NCBI RefSeq assembly: GCF_009914755.1
Contig: NC_060930.1
Length of the DNA: 64,000 nt
Strand: one strand, 5' to 3'
From: the human T2T-CHM13v2.0 reference genome, Homo sapiens
Shown here: in pieces, positions 19,102 to 36,271 of the stretch
Layout of the letters: each line of letters begins with the position of its first letter
Position numbering within the stretch: the stretch's first letter is position 1
The notes under the pieces: generated by a model
What the model was told of the DNA's origin: nothing
What the model saw: only the letters and a program-made list of their open reading frames with translations
Databases searched by the model: none
Program-made: the position numbers and the translations under genes

Positions 19102-19468
19102 GTCTTAGTTCATTTTTGCTGCTATAACAGAATGCCTGAGACTGGGTGATTTATAATGAACGGAGATTTACTGGCTCACAGTTCTGGAGGCTGGGTGGGA
19201 GGTCCAACATTGAGAAGCCAGCACCTGGTGAGGGCCTTCTTGCTATGTCCACACATGGCAGAAAGCAAGGGTGGGGAGAAAAAGAGGGAGAGAAAGGGAA
19301 AGCACATGGGGGGCTGAACTTTCCCTCTTAGAATGGCACCAATCCCACTCAAGAGTGGAGTTGTTATGGCCCAATCACCTCTTAAAGGCCCCATCTCTTA
19401 ATACTGTTTCAGTGGCAGTTAAATTTCAGCATGAGTTTTGGAGGGGACAAGCATTCAAACCATAGCAC
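19102..19468 (-). mobile_element. MaLR solo LTR (MST/MLT1A-like)
   Basis: gtcttagttc...gctgctataacagaatgcctgagactgggt...ggctcacagttctggagg...attcaaaccatagca. Confidence 0.8.
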
Positions 19469-19523
19469 AGGGTAAATCCCATCTCCATTACTCTATCTTG
19501 GATGGAAGCAGTTCTTCTTCTGA

Positions 19524-19875
<352 letters not shown>

Positions 19876-20144
19876 AGTATTTGTTCTTTATAAAATTCAG
19901 GTTTTGGAATATGGTGTTTAAACCACTTAGGTGTTGTCAGTGTGTAAATTATATGTGATGCCTGCATTGGTCTCTCTGTAGACCTGGAGGTCAAATAAGA
20001 GTAAGGACCTATGATATTTCTGTACCACTCTTTTAGAGTAAAACATATTTCACGTTTTTATCGTATTTTATTTGGCCCTCAGTAAAACTGGAGCAGGTAT
20101 ATCCATTTTTACTGTTGTGGAAACTGTTGTGGAAAAGAATGGTT

Positions 20145-20492
<348 letters not shown>

Positions 20493-20949
20493 TAACAGCT
20501 TCAGAAGAATCTAAAGGATTTTTTTTCCTTTTCTTTGTATCATTGATTTATGGTTACTCCTATGTCTGGCTTTTTCTTTAGTCTTTTTAGTAAAATAAGC
20601 ATTTTTGAATTTCACATTTCTACCCCTGGGCTATACCTATCCGTAAAATACAAAATTCAAATACTGCATAGTCTACCGCTGTCTATCTTAGTAACCTTTA
20701 GAAAGCCATTTGTTGCTGTGTACTTTACTTTCCTCACCAATGAATATTCTGGTTTAATGATGGCCCTGGAGTTATTAATATTTTGAGATTATAAGTGTAG
20801 AATTGCATCTACTAGTGAATTCTGAATTCGGATTGATTAATTTATATATACAAACTTTTAGAGTGGCAACACAGTGGAAGAGAATTCATTTTTATGTTAA
20901 GAATCTTAATGGTGCCTCCTCATAAAAGCCAAGAATCCAGTGGTTCTTT

Positions 20950-21340
20950 TTTTTTTTTTTCCCTAAACAATGCCTAAACTCTTTATTTAACCAACCAGTA
21001 TTTCTGGTTTTCTTCCTGATGCAGGATTTTAAAACCTTAGAAGTCTATAAATACTGCATTCAGACTTTCCACATCAAGAGAAAGGGGCCCAGGGCAGAAG
21101 ATGTCAGGCCCCAGGCTGTTTTGGGGTGGGAAAAGTGGCAAAGATTTCTCAACAGTCTGTTTCAGTTTTCTAACTTAATTGAAATGCCTTTAAGCTCTGC
21201 TTCATCCCCAAACTTTCCCCTATGGCGTCTATGATAGAAAAACACTCCTCTCTCATATACGCCCCACCACTGGGGAGCCAGGGGGAAGGGAATGGGCATT
21301 ACACAGGCAAGCCAAACTTTTTATTCAGCCAGAAAATGGA
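20950..21340 (-). pseudogene. orphan 5'-truncated processed retrocopy (3'UTR-like, parent unidentified)
   Basis: 16-bp TSD aatccagtggttcttt (20934-20949) / aatccaatggttcttt (21341-21356); T14 run 20947-20960; minus-strand AATAAA at 20982-20987; interior not recognisable as Alu, L1 or LTR. Confidence 0.8.
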
Positions 21341-21409
21341 AATCCAATGGTTCTTTATCAAGCCTAATGTAAGATAATTGATTAAAAGAAAAATACAAAA
21401 AATCCTTAA

Positions 21410-21664
<255 letters not shown>

Positions 21665-21785
21665 TGATTTTCTTCAAATTCTTAGGCAGGTACCCTGGTC
21701 TTCAACTTAAGATTCTAGCTAGATGGTTTCCGAAAAGCAAAAGTCTATCCTTTTGGAATGCTTAGGAGTGAGTGTGTGTGTACAT

Positions 21786-22205
21786 GTATTAGTCTGTTCT
21801 CACACTGCTATAAAGAAATACCTGAGACTGGATAATTTAATTTAAAAAAGAGGTTTAATTGGCTCACAGTTCTGCGGGCTGTACAGGAAGCTGAGCAGCT
21901 TCCACTTCTGCGAATGCCTCAGGAAACTTAAATTCACAGTGGAAGGTGAAGGAGAAGTAGCCATGTCTTACATGGCCCAGCCCAAGCAAGAGAGAAAGGG
22001 GGAAGGTGCTACACACTTTTAAAACAACCAGGTCTTGTGATAACTCACTCACTATCACGAGAACAGCACCAAGGGGAATGGTGTTAAACCGTTTATGAGA
22101 AACCGTCCCCATGATCCAGTTGCCTTCCACTAGGCCCCACCTTCAACATTGGGGATTACAATTCAACATGAGATTTGTGTGGGGAGACAGATCCAAACCA
22201 TATCC
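21786..22205 (-). mobile_element. MaLR solo LTR (MSTA/MSTB-like)
   Basis: tgtattagtctgttctcacactgctataaagaaatacctgagactgg...ggggagacagatccaaaccatatc. Confidence 0.85.
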
Positions 22206-22259
22206 GTACACTTGCATGCACTCTCACCACACACACACAAACACAACACACTTAGTAGT

Positions 22260-24110
22260 TTTTTTTAACTTTTATTTTGAAAAATTTTAAACCCACAGAA
22301 AAGCTGAAAAAGTGGTATAATGAATGCTGATATGCCCTTCACCTGGATGTAATCTTGTTAACATTATATTTGCTTTGCCCTTCTCTTCCTCTTTCTACAC
22401 ACCCACACTCACCACACAAACAACTTTGTTTTTACCTGAATCATTTGAAAGTTTCAGATGTCATGACACTTCACCCCTAAATTCTTTTGTACAAATCTTA
22501 TAAGGATAAATTTTCCTACAGAACCACAATTCCATTGTCATACCTAAGAAAACTAACATGATTGAAGAATAATTTAAATATGGTTTATATTCAAATTTTC
22601 TCAGTTCTACCAAAAGTGTCTTTTATAAGTTGTCTTTCCTCCTGATATATTACATTGGTTTATGGTATCTTTTTAAAATCTAGAACAATCACCCCACCTC
22701 TCTTTTTTCTTTAAAACCACATCAGGCTATGCTATAATTTTTGTTTCAATCATCAAACATAATGTAGAAAACTTAAGAGGAAAAGGAAAGTCTATTACAT
22801 TTACCTATACTTTTGCTTACTGTGTTCATTCTTCCTTCCTGAAGTACCAAGATTCTTTATTTTGTCACTTCTGTTTAGAGAAATTTCTTTAGCCTTTCTT
22901 TTAGGGTAGGTCTGCTGATGAAAAATTATCATAGCTTTCCTTTTGAGAATGTGTTGATTTCCCTTTGATTTTTAAAGGTTATTTTTGCTGGATGTAGAAC
23001 TCTGGTTCAACAGTTCTTATCTTTAGCACTTAAAAAATGTTAAGAGCCCAGTCCACTTGTGCTGTAAGATGTCCCATCCATAATCAGGATTTGTCAGATT
23101 GCTTCCTCATGATTGGGTTGAGTTAAACATTTTTGGTAGAAGTACTACATAATCTTCATGTCAGGAAACAGTTAATATCAGTTTGTCTCACTTTTGGAAA
23201 CCAAGTTGATCACTTCGCTAAGGAAGTAACTGCTAGATGTTTCCTTATAAAAAGGTACATTTTTCCTTTTATCATTTTTTTAAGCAATTTCTGGAGTAAT
23301 ATTTTGAGACCATGTGAATATCCTATTTTCCAATTATCTTGAACCCAGTTTTAGCATTCATTGATCATCCTTGAAATATTAGCTAGAGAATTACAAAATT
23401 CTGGCTTTACTAAATCTGTCATTCCTTCTACATTTATTAGCTAGCAGTATTCTCTAAAGAAGAGCCTTCCTTTTTTTCTTTAATTCAATGTATTATAAGC
23501 AATTACTGTCAGTATTGTTTTTGATGGTCAAATTGCCTTAAATTTGGCCAATAAGAGCCCCTTCAAGTTATATGTATCCTTTAAAACTGTCCCCATTTTA
23601 ATTTTTGAAAACTTGTTTTATTGTATAACAAGATGGTCTGGGATTTTGTACTTTCTCTGCCCAAACCTGGAATTAAAACTACCCTGAGCTAATTTCTCAT
23701 CTAATGGATTGCCAAAAATTCAAAAACTGAACAACACACTCTGTCTGCAAGGCTATAGGTGGAAGTTCAAAATGGTACAACTTCTTTGCAGGGGAATTTT
23801 GCAATATCTAATTACATATGCATTTGTCGTTTGATGAAGCAATCTCCTCCTCATCTAAGAAGATTTCAAGAATACCAAAAAAATACATACACAAAGTAAT
23901 TCTCTGGGGCATTGTATAAAATAGCTAAATATTGAAAACAATCTAAATACCCAACCACAGAAGACTGGTTTACTCAATTATGGTAAAACCAAGTAATGGA
24001 GTACTATACAGCAATAAGAAATGAATGAAGAAGGTTTCTGTGAACTGATACAGAATGATTTCCAAGATATATTGTTAAGTAAACAAAACGTAGTACAAAA
24101 GCATTATATA
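22260..24110. mobile_element. old L1M fragments (mixed orientation)
   Basis: L1MC/ME-like 3'-end text; boundaries approximate. Confidence 0.5.
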
Positions 24111-24191
24111 GCATAATATTTTTGGTTGTTTTTTAAACCTTATCCTGTATTGTACTTATTAGCACTGGAAAGTGGAAGAGGTCTCTGCTAA

Positions 24192-24458
<267 letters not shown>

Positions 24459-24487
24459 ACATATCTTACAAATTAAAATGACTTTTA

Positions 24488-24814
<327 letters not shown>

Positions 24815-24917
24815 CTATATTCTAGAGAGTCAAATGGTCTTGCTCAATTCTTGTAATTAGGTTCTTGTTAATAGTCATTCCATGGAATTACTTTTTAAAA
24901 TTCCTGTGACAATTAAT

Positions 24918-24923
24918 AATAAA
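24918..24923 (+). terminator. candidate proximal poly(A) signal AATAAA
   Basis: Canonical hexamer ~460 nt after the stop; usage not provable from sequence. Confidence 0.4.
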
Positions 24924-26428
24924 TAACGTGTCAGCATTTGGTAAGCATCCACTAAGTGTACAATACTTCTACAATAACACAAGATACCTGTTCCTCAAAG
25001 ACAATGCATTCTGCCATAATGTTCATTAAAGAGTTTACAGTAAAAATAAGATTAGGGATAAACTTCTCAAAAATTGTACATCTGTGTAACTAAAGCACTA
25101 ACAAAAACATGAATAGTCCTTCTAGAGGTAACTTGGATAGCCTAGGCAGGCAACTTATCATGTGGTGAAGGCCGCCTCAGGGGTTGTTAAAAATGCACAG
25201 AAACAATTGAGTGCGATTATTGGCTTCTGAGCGCTGAGCAGAGCAGGTGGAAGAGGAACTTTGAGCACAGGAGGAAATGCAACCAGTCAGGGCCCAGAAT
25301 CATGCAAATCTCAGGGGTATGCCTCTCTGGGGAGGAGCTCCACTTGCAGGGACTCCTTTTATTTCCCTAAGAAAGAGCTGAAATGACTGAGAACTTTCCT
25401 TTCCTCCTTAGAGTTACAATTTTACTTCTGCTATTCCGGAGCCCATGCCTAGAAGCCAGAACAACTCCATGTTACACTGAGTTCATGCTCCTATTTACTG
25501 ATCACAAATGAGCTCATTAATGTCATCGAAACATTTATTGTAACCTAACAGACCATCACAGATTGGAAACTTGGTAGATAGCAGAGCATGGTATTAGTGA
25601 AAAAGGTTCAAAATACACAAGTAACATACACTCTGAAAAACATGCAGATAATTTGCTGATGAAGCAGAAGAGGGGATGCGCATGGCAAGAACTTGCCTTA
25701 CCCCAGATTCTCTATATCTCATGGTTTCCTTTTCCTCTTGACTGTCTTTACGAGTGTTTTTTATTTGGGACCCTCGAGCCCAGAGATATTAATGGATATC
25801 TGTATTCAATATTTGACAAAATCTAATGGAAACCATCCATTTACTCATGATAAGGCTTCATCACTGGATTTCTGTGTCTTCACTAGAACACCATTGTCAT
25901 CTCATATTGATCAGGTATTTTAATCTAGCACTTACATATTGTTGATAAATGAAAGCTGAATTGTTACTTAATGAATTCACTTTGTTTAGTAAAAAAAAAT
26001 TGTTTTCTAAATATGACGTTCATGAAGAGAAAATAATGAGTCAGAATCATCTGCAGAACCACTGGAATGTTTCATCGTCACCTGTTAGTTTTCATAAACA
26101 GTTTTCTGTCCTCTCTGAGATCCTCCCGCTCCCAAATACTCAACCTGATTAACTTCACATAAAAGTCTTATGTGCCAGGCTTAGTAATATTCCTATAGAT
26201 TTTGACTCTGAATCCCTGAAAGAGGAAGAAATCCATGAGAGAAAATTGCATTACTTTATAGCAAGAGGAAACCGTTTTAAGTTTTTTAATTGCTCAGACA
26301 CCACAACATCCTAGATGGAGGAAACCATTTTAGTTGAAGGAGCAAATATGATGTCAAAAGCAAGTAAATAAACAAACCGTTGCCCCAATCTGTTTTTATG
26401 TAATGAATTTAAAAAAAAGAGAGAGAGA

Positions 26429-26546
26429 GAGAGATGGGCTCTCCCTGTGTTGCCCAGGCTAGTCTCAAACTCCTGGGCTCAAGTGATCTGCCTCCCTCAG
26501 CCTCCCAAAGTGCTGAGATTAAAGACGTGAGCCACCACACCTGGCC
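26429..26546 (-). mobile_element. Alu left monomer (FLAM-like), antisense, in distal 3' UTR
   Basis: gagatggg...gtgagccaccacacctggcc. Confidence 0.85.
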
Positions 26547-26841
26547 GAAATAATAATATTCAATATTATATATTCAATGATATTATTCAGTATTCAATAT
26601 TATTTCAAATAATATTAAATCTCTTGTTCCTGTATCTCTACATGAGCTGCACTAATAATTTGAATCTGGAAATTAAAAAGTGAAACATTTACCGTTCTCA
26701 TATACTGATACCCAACTACCATGAAATGATACCTAATTTGTTTTTCTTTTCTCTTCATTTTTACTCTTAATCTAGTAGGTCTCATTTTGCCAAGTCACTG
26801 TCTGGGAATTTAAGTGGCAAATACTTTCTTTGTCTCAGCTA

Positions 26842-26847
26842 ATTAAA
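26842..26847 (+). terminator. candidate distal poly(A) signal ATTAAA
   Basis: ATTAAA followed by GT/T-rich agagtgttttt at ~26881. Confidence 0.45.
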
Positions 26848-27399
26848 CTCTAAAATTATTAGCAACAGAACTTCCAGAACAGAGTGTTTTTGAAAGGTGA
26901 AGATGTCTACACGTGTAAGATGAGTTCCTTGATAACACCTGAAAGACCCAAACCAAAGCAAAAGTTTGAACACGTGTCAGAGTGAAAAAATGATGTGATC
27001 ATAAAACATGGTGCCCTGCCACCACAGAGAGCCAAAGGAGCAAGCGGGAAAACCACTGTTCCACGCTGGCCCACACTTAGCGTTACCAAAAAAAGCACCT
27101 GAAACCCAGGAGGCAGAATGTTCCCTTTGAGTGGCTGACACCGGGTCCTCTGTGATGACATCAGACTGGGCTGTTTAAAATTAAAGATGGCATGGTATAG
27201 AAGAGGAGCTTGCAAAATGACAAAAAAAAGTGCTTATTCCTATTAGGAAATAGCTGCACCTCCTAATGTAAATAAGTAACTTTAGGATTTTAAACAGAAT
27301 CTGAAGGATAGTGAAAAGAAATAAGCAGGTACTAATAAGTAGACCTCGGGATTCAGCAAGCCGTGTGCCATACCTTATTTGATTCAAAGCAGGGGAGTA

Positions 27400-27710
27400 G
27401 GCCAGGCGCGGTGGCTCACGCCTGTAATCCCAGCACTTACGGAGGCCGAGGCGGGCGGATCACGAGGTCAGGAAATCGAGACCATCCTGGCTAACATGGT
27501 GAAACCCCATCTCTACTAAAAATACAAAAAATTAGCCAGGCGCGGTGGCAGGCGCCTGTAGTCTCAGCTACTCAGGAGGTTGAGGCAGGATAATGGCATG
27601 AACCTGGGAGGCAGAGCTTGCAGTGAGCCGAGAGTGCACCACTGCACTCCAGCCTGGGCGACAGAGTGAGACTCCATCTCAAAAAATTAAAAAATAAATA
27701 ATAAATAAAA
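27400..27710 (+). mobile_element. AluY
   Basis: Alu dimer, TSD aaagcaggggagta. Confidence 0.92.
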
Positions 27711-27792
27711 AGCAGGGGAGTAAAATAATGGAACTTTAAAAATATCTCTTATTATAAATTTTCATTCATTAACTACTTTTAATCCCCCTCCC

Positions 27793-28090
27793 TTTTTTTA
27801 TTATTATTATTATTTTTTTTTTTTTTTGAGACAGGGTCTTGCCCTCACCCTGGCTGGAGTACAGTGGCACAGTCCTGCTCACTGCAGCCTTGACCTCCTG
27901 GGTCCAGGCATCCTCCCACCTCAGTCTCCCAAGTGTGGCACCACCAGGCCCAGCTAATTTTTTTAATTTTTTGTAGAGTCAGGGTCCTGCCATGTTGCCC
28001 AGGCTGGTCCTGAACTCCTGGGCGCAAGCCATCTGCCCACCTTGGCCTCTCGAAGTGCTGGGATGACAGGAGTGAGCCACCGTGCCCAGT
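27793..28090 (-). mobile_element. AluJ
   Basis: Antisense diverged dimer, TSD ccccctccctt. Confidence 0.87.
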
Positions 28091-28609
28091 CCCCCTCCCT
28101 TTCTTCAAACATCTGGTTATCTGTACCAAGGCACAAGCCTAGGAAAAGACATATCCGTTGTGTTTAGAAGGACCCAGAGGAAGTTTAAAATAGAAGGCTT
28201 TCCTCAGTTATTTAATAACTTAAGCAATGTGTACACTAGAACATAAACCTGAAAATTTAATAAAGGCAAATAACACGAAAAAAAAACCAAAGGCAACATT
28301 AAGTAAAAGTAATTACTACAGGATTTCGGAGGAGCTTTTTTATTTATTTTTCTTTGTACCTCAATAGAATATAAACCCAAAAATATTTTAGGCAGTTTAT
28401 TAAAAATATATTATTACAATTGTATAAAAGTAAATAGTTGAGGAAATCCATGAAGTGATAATAAAAGTGAGGAAGAAGAATAAAACCAGAAATAGATTAA
28501 AAACAAAAAATGCTTGTCAGGGTATCTATATAGATGCTTAATATTGGGTAGTATATGATATGGTGGGAAATTAGCTTTCCTAGTGGGGTAAGGCCACCAG
28601 ATTTAAAAA

Positions 28610-28790
28610 TCAGACAACCCTGAATTGAATCTTGTTGCTGCCATTTCCGAGCCGCGTAACTTGTCTTGAGTTTCAGTATCCTGACCTGTAAAATAGGGAT
28701 AATATCCACTCCTTGGGGTAGTCGGAGGGATTAAATTTAAGTGACACACTGAAAGCACATAGCATGATACCTGACAGAATAAGCACGCAA
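28610..28790 (+). mobile_element. MIR
   Basis: ttcagtatcctgacctgtaaaatagggataata core. Confidence 0.65.
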
Positions 28791-29005
28791 TATTTTGTAG
28801 CTATAAATAAATGCATGCAATCATGAATTTCAGTCATTTTCTTATAGAGGCCTCACAGTAAACTCTTACAGACGCCACAATTTGGCATGTGGCCAAATTA
28901 TAATTTACTGAAAGCTTATACCAGAGACCAGCTATATATTTCCCTGATGATCTGGCCTCCCCTGAGAATGAAGTTTAAAATATCTGGAAGAACTGATAGA
29001 CTACA

Positions 29006-29298
29006 TTTTTTTTTTTTTTTTATGGAGTCTTACTCTGTTGCCAGGCTGGAGTGCAGTGGCGGCAATCTCGGCTAACTGCAACCTCCGCCTCCCGGGTTCA
29101 AGCAGTTCTCCTGCCTCGGCCTCCGAGTAGCTGGGACTACAGGCACGCGCCACCACGCCCAGCTAATTTTTGTATATTTGGTAGAGACGGGGTTTCACCA
29201 TGTTGGCCAGGATGGTCTCAATCTCCTGACGTCGTGATCCGCCCGCCTCGGCCTCCTAAAGTGCTGGGATTACAGCCATGCGCCACCGGCGCCCGGCC
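29006..29298 (-). mobile_element. Alu (AluSc-like)
   Basis: Antisense dimer, TSD tagactac. Confidence 0.9.
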
Positions 29299-29315
29299 AC
29301 TAGACTACGTATTTA

Positions 29316-29602
<287 letters not shown>

Positions 29603-29728
29603 AAGCAATTTCCATGAGTTTTTGATAAAGAATTGGCCATTCCAGTGATAGAAAACCTGAAAGTCTTCGTGACGTGTGAACCAAATGAAGAACAGGGCTG
29701 ACAGGCGTTTTAAAGAATGGAGGTTCCG

Positions 29729-30014
29729 GGCCGGGCGCGGTGGCTCACGCCTGTATTCCCAGCATTTTGGGAGGCCAAGGCGGGCGGATCACGAGGTCAG
29801 GAGATCGAGACCATCCTGTCTAACACGGTGAAACCCCGTGTCTACTAAAAATACAAAAAATTAGCCTGGCGTGGTGGCGGGCGCCTGAGGCAGGAGAATG
29901 GCATGAATCCGGGAGACGGAGCTTGCAGTGAGCCGGGATCGCGCCACTGCACTCCAGCCTGGGCGACAGAGCGAGACTCCAATCTCAAACAAACAAACAA
30001 ACAAACAAACAAAA
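29729..30014 (+). mobile_element. AluY with short internal deletion
   Basis: TSD aaagaatg.aggttcc; (CAAA)n tail. Confidence 0.9.
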
Positions 30015-30461
30015 AGAATGAAGGTTCCCCCAAAATGGTCAACCCATATTCCTATGGGGAAAGTGTTTTTGACAGAACCAAATTCTTCCTCATAAAAAGC
30101 AGTTCCATTCTAACATATAGACATAATCGAGGCTCCAAAATAACTGTATCTTCAGTGCAATTCCTTTAACATGGGAAAATTTTAAGGTAAATGTTACCAG
30201 CAGCCAATTAGTACATTCCTCAGGGAAAATAAGTTAACGAAGGACCCATGAGTCATCTAATTGTAAGCAACTTCACTCCTTGGTGAATCTTCCATAATAA
30301 GTTAGTTGCAAAATGGGCCTGCAGGTCAATGAATAATATGATAAAGTTGGTGGCAGATATCTGCCAAAATTATAATCGGCAATTTTACCATAGTTCACTT
30401 AGCAGGGCCAATTGTCTATAGAGGCCAGTCATAGTTTAGAATACTTATCTTTCTGTTATCT

Positions 30462-31353
30462 ATGATGGGGGCATATACATCTAAATTATCCAAAACTGCT
30501 TTCAAGTAATTAACATACCAACTAAAAGGAAGTGAGGCTGGAATTCAGAGTTTGAAGACTTAGAATAACCAAGGATATTCTAATTCTAATACGGTGCTCT
30601 ATCAGAACAGTTCTATAGACAAGCATGTAAGAAAAAAATCTATTTTTTTTCAAATTATGTGCAAATTATCTTCTTAGCGATAGCACTTCATTTCTCCGTG
30701 GAAATGGCCACTTGGATGCCAGGTAATTGGTGCAGAATTAAGGTGGTGCTAATGGTAAAAGAAGTGAAGCACTAGAAAGTGAAAATTAGAAGAATGTAGA
30801 CCTTAATTGGATTAGAGGATAGGGGAGAATGGAGGGAAAGAAAAGTTATTTTTATCCTATGAAATGTTCGCAGCTGGAAGAATGGTATTACCATTCACAT
30901 TAAATAAAAAGGGAAAGCAACAATAATTTGTAGGGACTGGAGAATTCTACAGCCAAATGAGAGGCCTAACAGGCAGGGGAAAAAGAGGCAATTAAGTAAG
31001 ATGGCGTTTTGGGAGTCAGAGCATAAATAATGAAGTCTTTATATTTGTTTCCTTTTTTTCTGATGTTTTATTATTTTATTATTCTGCACCAATTACCTGG
31101 TATCCTAGTGGCCATTTCCACGGAGAAATGAAGCGTTACCACTAAGAAGATAATTTGCACATAATTTTAGAAGAAATAGATTTTTCTTACATGCTTGTCT
31201 ATAGAATTGTTTTGATAGAGTACTGTATTAGAATTAGAATATCCTTCATTATTCTAAGTCTTCAAACTTAATTCCAGCCTCACTTCCTTTTAGTTTGTAT
31301 GTTAATGACTTGAAACCAGTTTTGGATAATTTAGATGTATATACCCCTATCAT
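30462..31353. repeat. long inverted repeat: arms 30462-30738 and 31081-31353, spacer 342 bp
   Basis: Manual reverse-complement alignment over ~275 bp with ~20 substitutions and 2 small indels. Confidence 0.95.
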
Positions 31354-31508
31354 GCATATATACAGCAGTGAACACCCACATACCCACCACCTATTTTAAC
31401 AGGTTTTATTTTTCTAATTACAAAGGTAATGCATGTTCTCTGTAAGAAAAAGAAAAGCACTATAAGAGAAAAAAAATCACTTGTCACCTCACCATCTAGT
31501 ATGTATAT

Positions 31509-32250
<742 letters not shown>

Positions 32251-32299
32251 TTTGTATATGCTTATGTAATTATATGTATTTTATTAATAAAATTGGTGT

Positions 32300-34130
<1,831 letters not shown>

Positions 34131-34405
34131 ACTATTATTCTAGTCTAAATGCTTCTATACACTCAGGTCTGATTTAGGGCCATTGTTGAAGCTTTGTTGG
34201 TTTTTCTTAAGGTGACCCCAAAGTAGCCTGATTATAACATTCAAAAGAAACAGTGATACCTACAGTTTTGCTATTGCCCTACCTTTGTATAAACAAGTGT
34301 CTTGCAGTCTAAAGCATGTATTCAATGTCTGTTAAATTAAATTAAATTGAAAATCAGTTTTAGGGAGGAGAAATGTGAATAATCATAGAGTAGCCAACAC
34401 TGTGA

Positions 34406-34791
<386 letters not shown>

Positions 34792-35239
34792 TCAACACAT
34801 TTTCAATAGAATCATGGTCATCATTAGTTTTGTTAGTCAAATATTTCCAGTTCTCTCCAGTTTCAGACCCTCTTATGGTTAGGTGGGATCTTGTGTTTAG
34901 TTCCAACCAATGCATCGTAAGTGGAAGTGTCATGTATCTGGGCCAGAGTTTGCTAGGTTGATATCCTCTAGGGTTTTCTTCTCCCTCCAGCAATGTTCAA
35001 AATGGTGGCCGCTCTATCAGCCCAAGTCCCTGAGTGACTTAAGTGTCAGAGAGCTCTGTCAACCTAATGGATGGGTAGCACAAGCAAAAAATAAAACTTT
35101 TTCCATTTTTGTTGTTTTAAGCTGCTGAATTTTGGGGTGGAATGTTAGTGAAGCATAACATGGCCCATCCTGAGCGTCTACCAGTCACTGTCTTTCCGAC
35201 TTTTCATTCACTGGTCTGCTTTTCAAACCAACCCAATAG

Positions 35240-35706
35240 TACCATAGATAGTTTTGGGTTTTTTGGGGGGTTTTTTTGTTTGTTTTTTTAAATGAACATA
35301 GAAATTGACCCTTCTGGCCTTAAAGCTTGAAACTTATATTTGTTTTATCTGAGTCCCTTTCTCAGTAACCACCTTCAGGCCTCTCAAAAAAAAGTTTCAA
35401 AGAACTGAAACTCTCCAGATCACCATATCCAGACAATGAGATGCCAGACCCCTCAGGACCCCTCATTCATTGTGATTGCTTCCTTGCCCCTCCCTAGTTC
35501 CTGTTTTCTTACACACTGTTAGATTTCTTCGCTGCTATATAAACCTCTAGTTTTAGCTGGTCAGGTAGATGGATTTTAGACTCAGCTCCCACTTCCTTGG
35601 CTGCCACACCCGATTAAAGACTTCCTCATTGGCAGTACTCATTGTCTCAGTCATTGGCTTTCTGTGTGGCAAGCAGCAGGACCAAACCCCTGGTTTTTCA
35701 GTAACG
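35240..35706 (+). mobile_element. ERV1 solo LTR (LTR26-like)
   Basis: aagcttgaaacttatatttgttttatctgagt...tatataaa...gattaaagac...attggctttctgtgtggcaagcagcaggacc...cagtaac. Confidence 0.7.
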
Positions 35707-36271
35707 CTTTCTTGAATGAGAGGTAAAGGGTTTCAGGTAGAACATGAAGAAATTGGCCTGGAAATGATTTCACAGTTGCATCCTCAGTCACTCTTCTCAT
35801 ATGCATGACAACTTCAACTACATTTTGGGAAAGCCCACCATCCATATATAGATGTTGTGTGCTCCAGAAGTGCCTGAGTGCCCAAAAAAGTGAAATGCCT
35901 GGGAAATTAACATTTCCATAAAAGGTAAAAGAAACATGGACTTAGTTACACTGAATGGGTAACAATTTACAGAGAAAAAGACAGTCTGTGTTATGGGGCA
36001 AAACCTTCAACACAGTCCAGAAAGATCACTATAAAATAATGTGAGATTAGATTAAGTCACCAAATTTGATAGTTATTTATCATTTTCAATCCATTCCATG
36101 GCTTCTTATGTTTCTATTTCATGGACGTTCACAAAACCCTTGACATTCACGTTGTGTCCATTTCCCATATTCGCTGAACTTTGAGGCCTCCGCAAACGGG
36201 TATAAACTTTATAATAAATTAATATTGCGTATATAAAATTTGACAAATTACTGTCTTTTGAAAAAAAAAAA

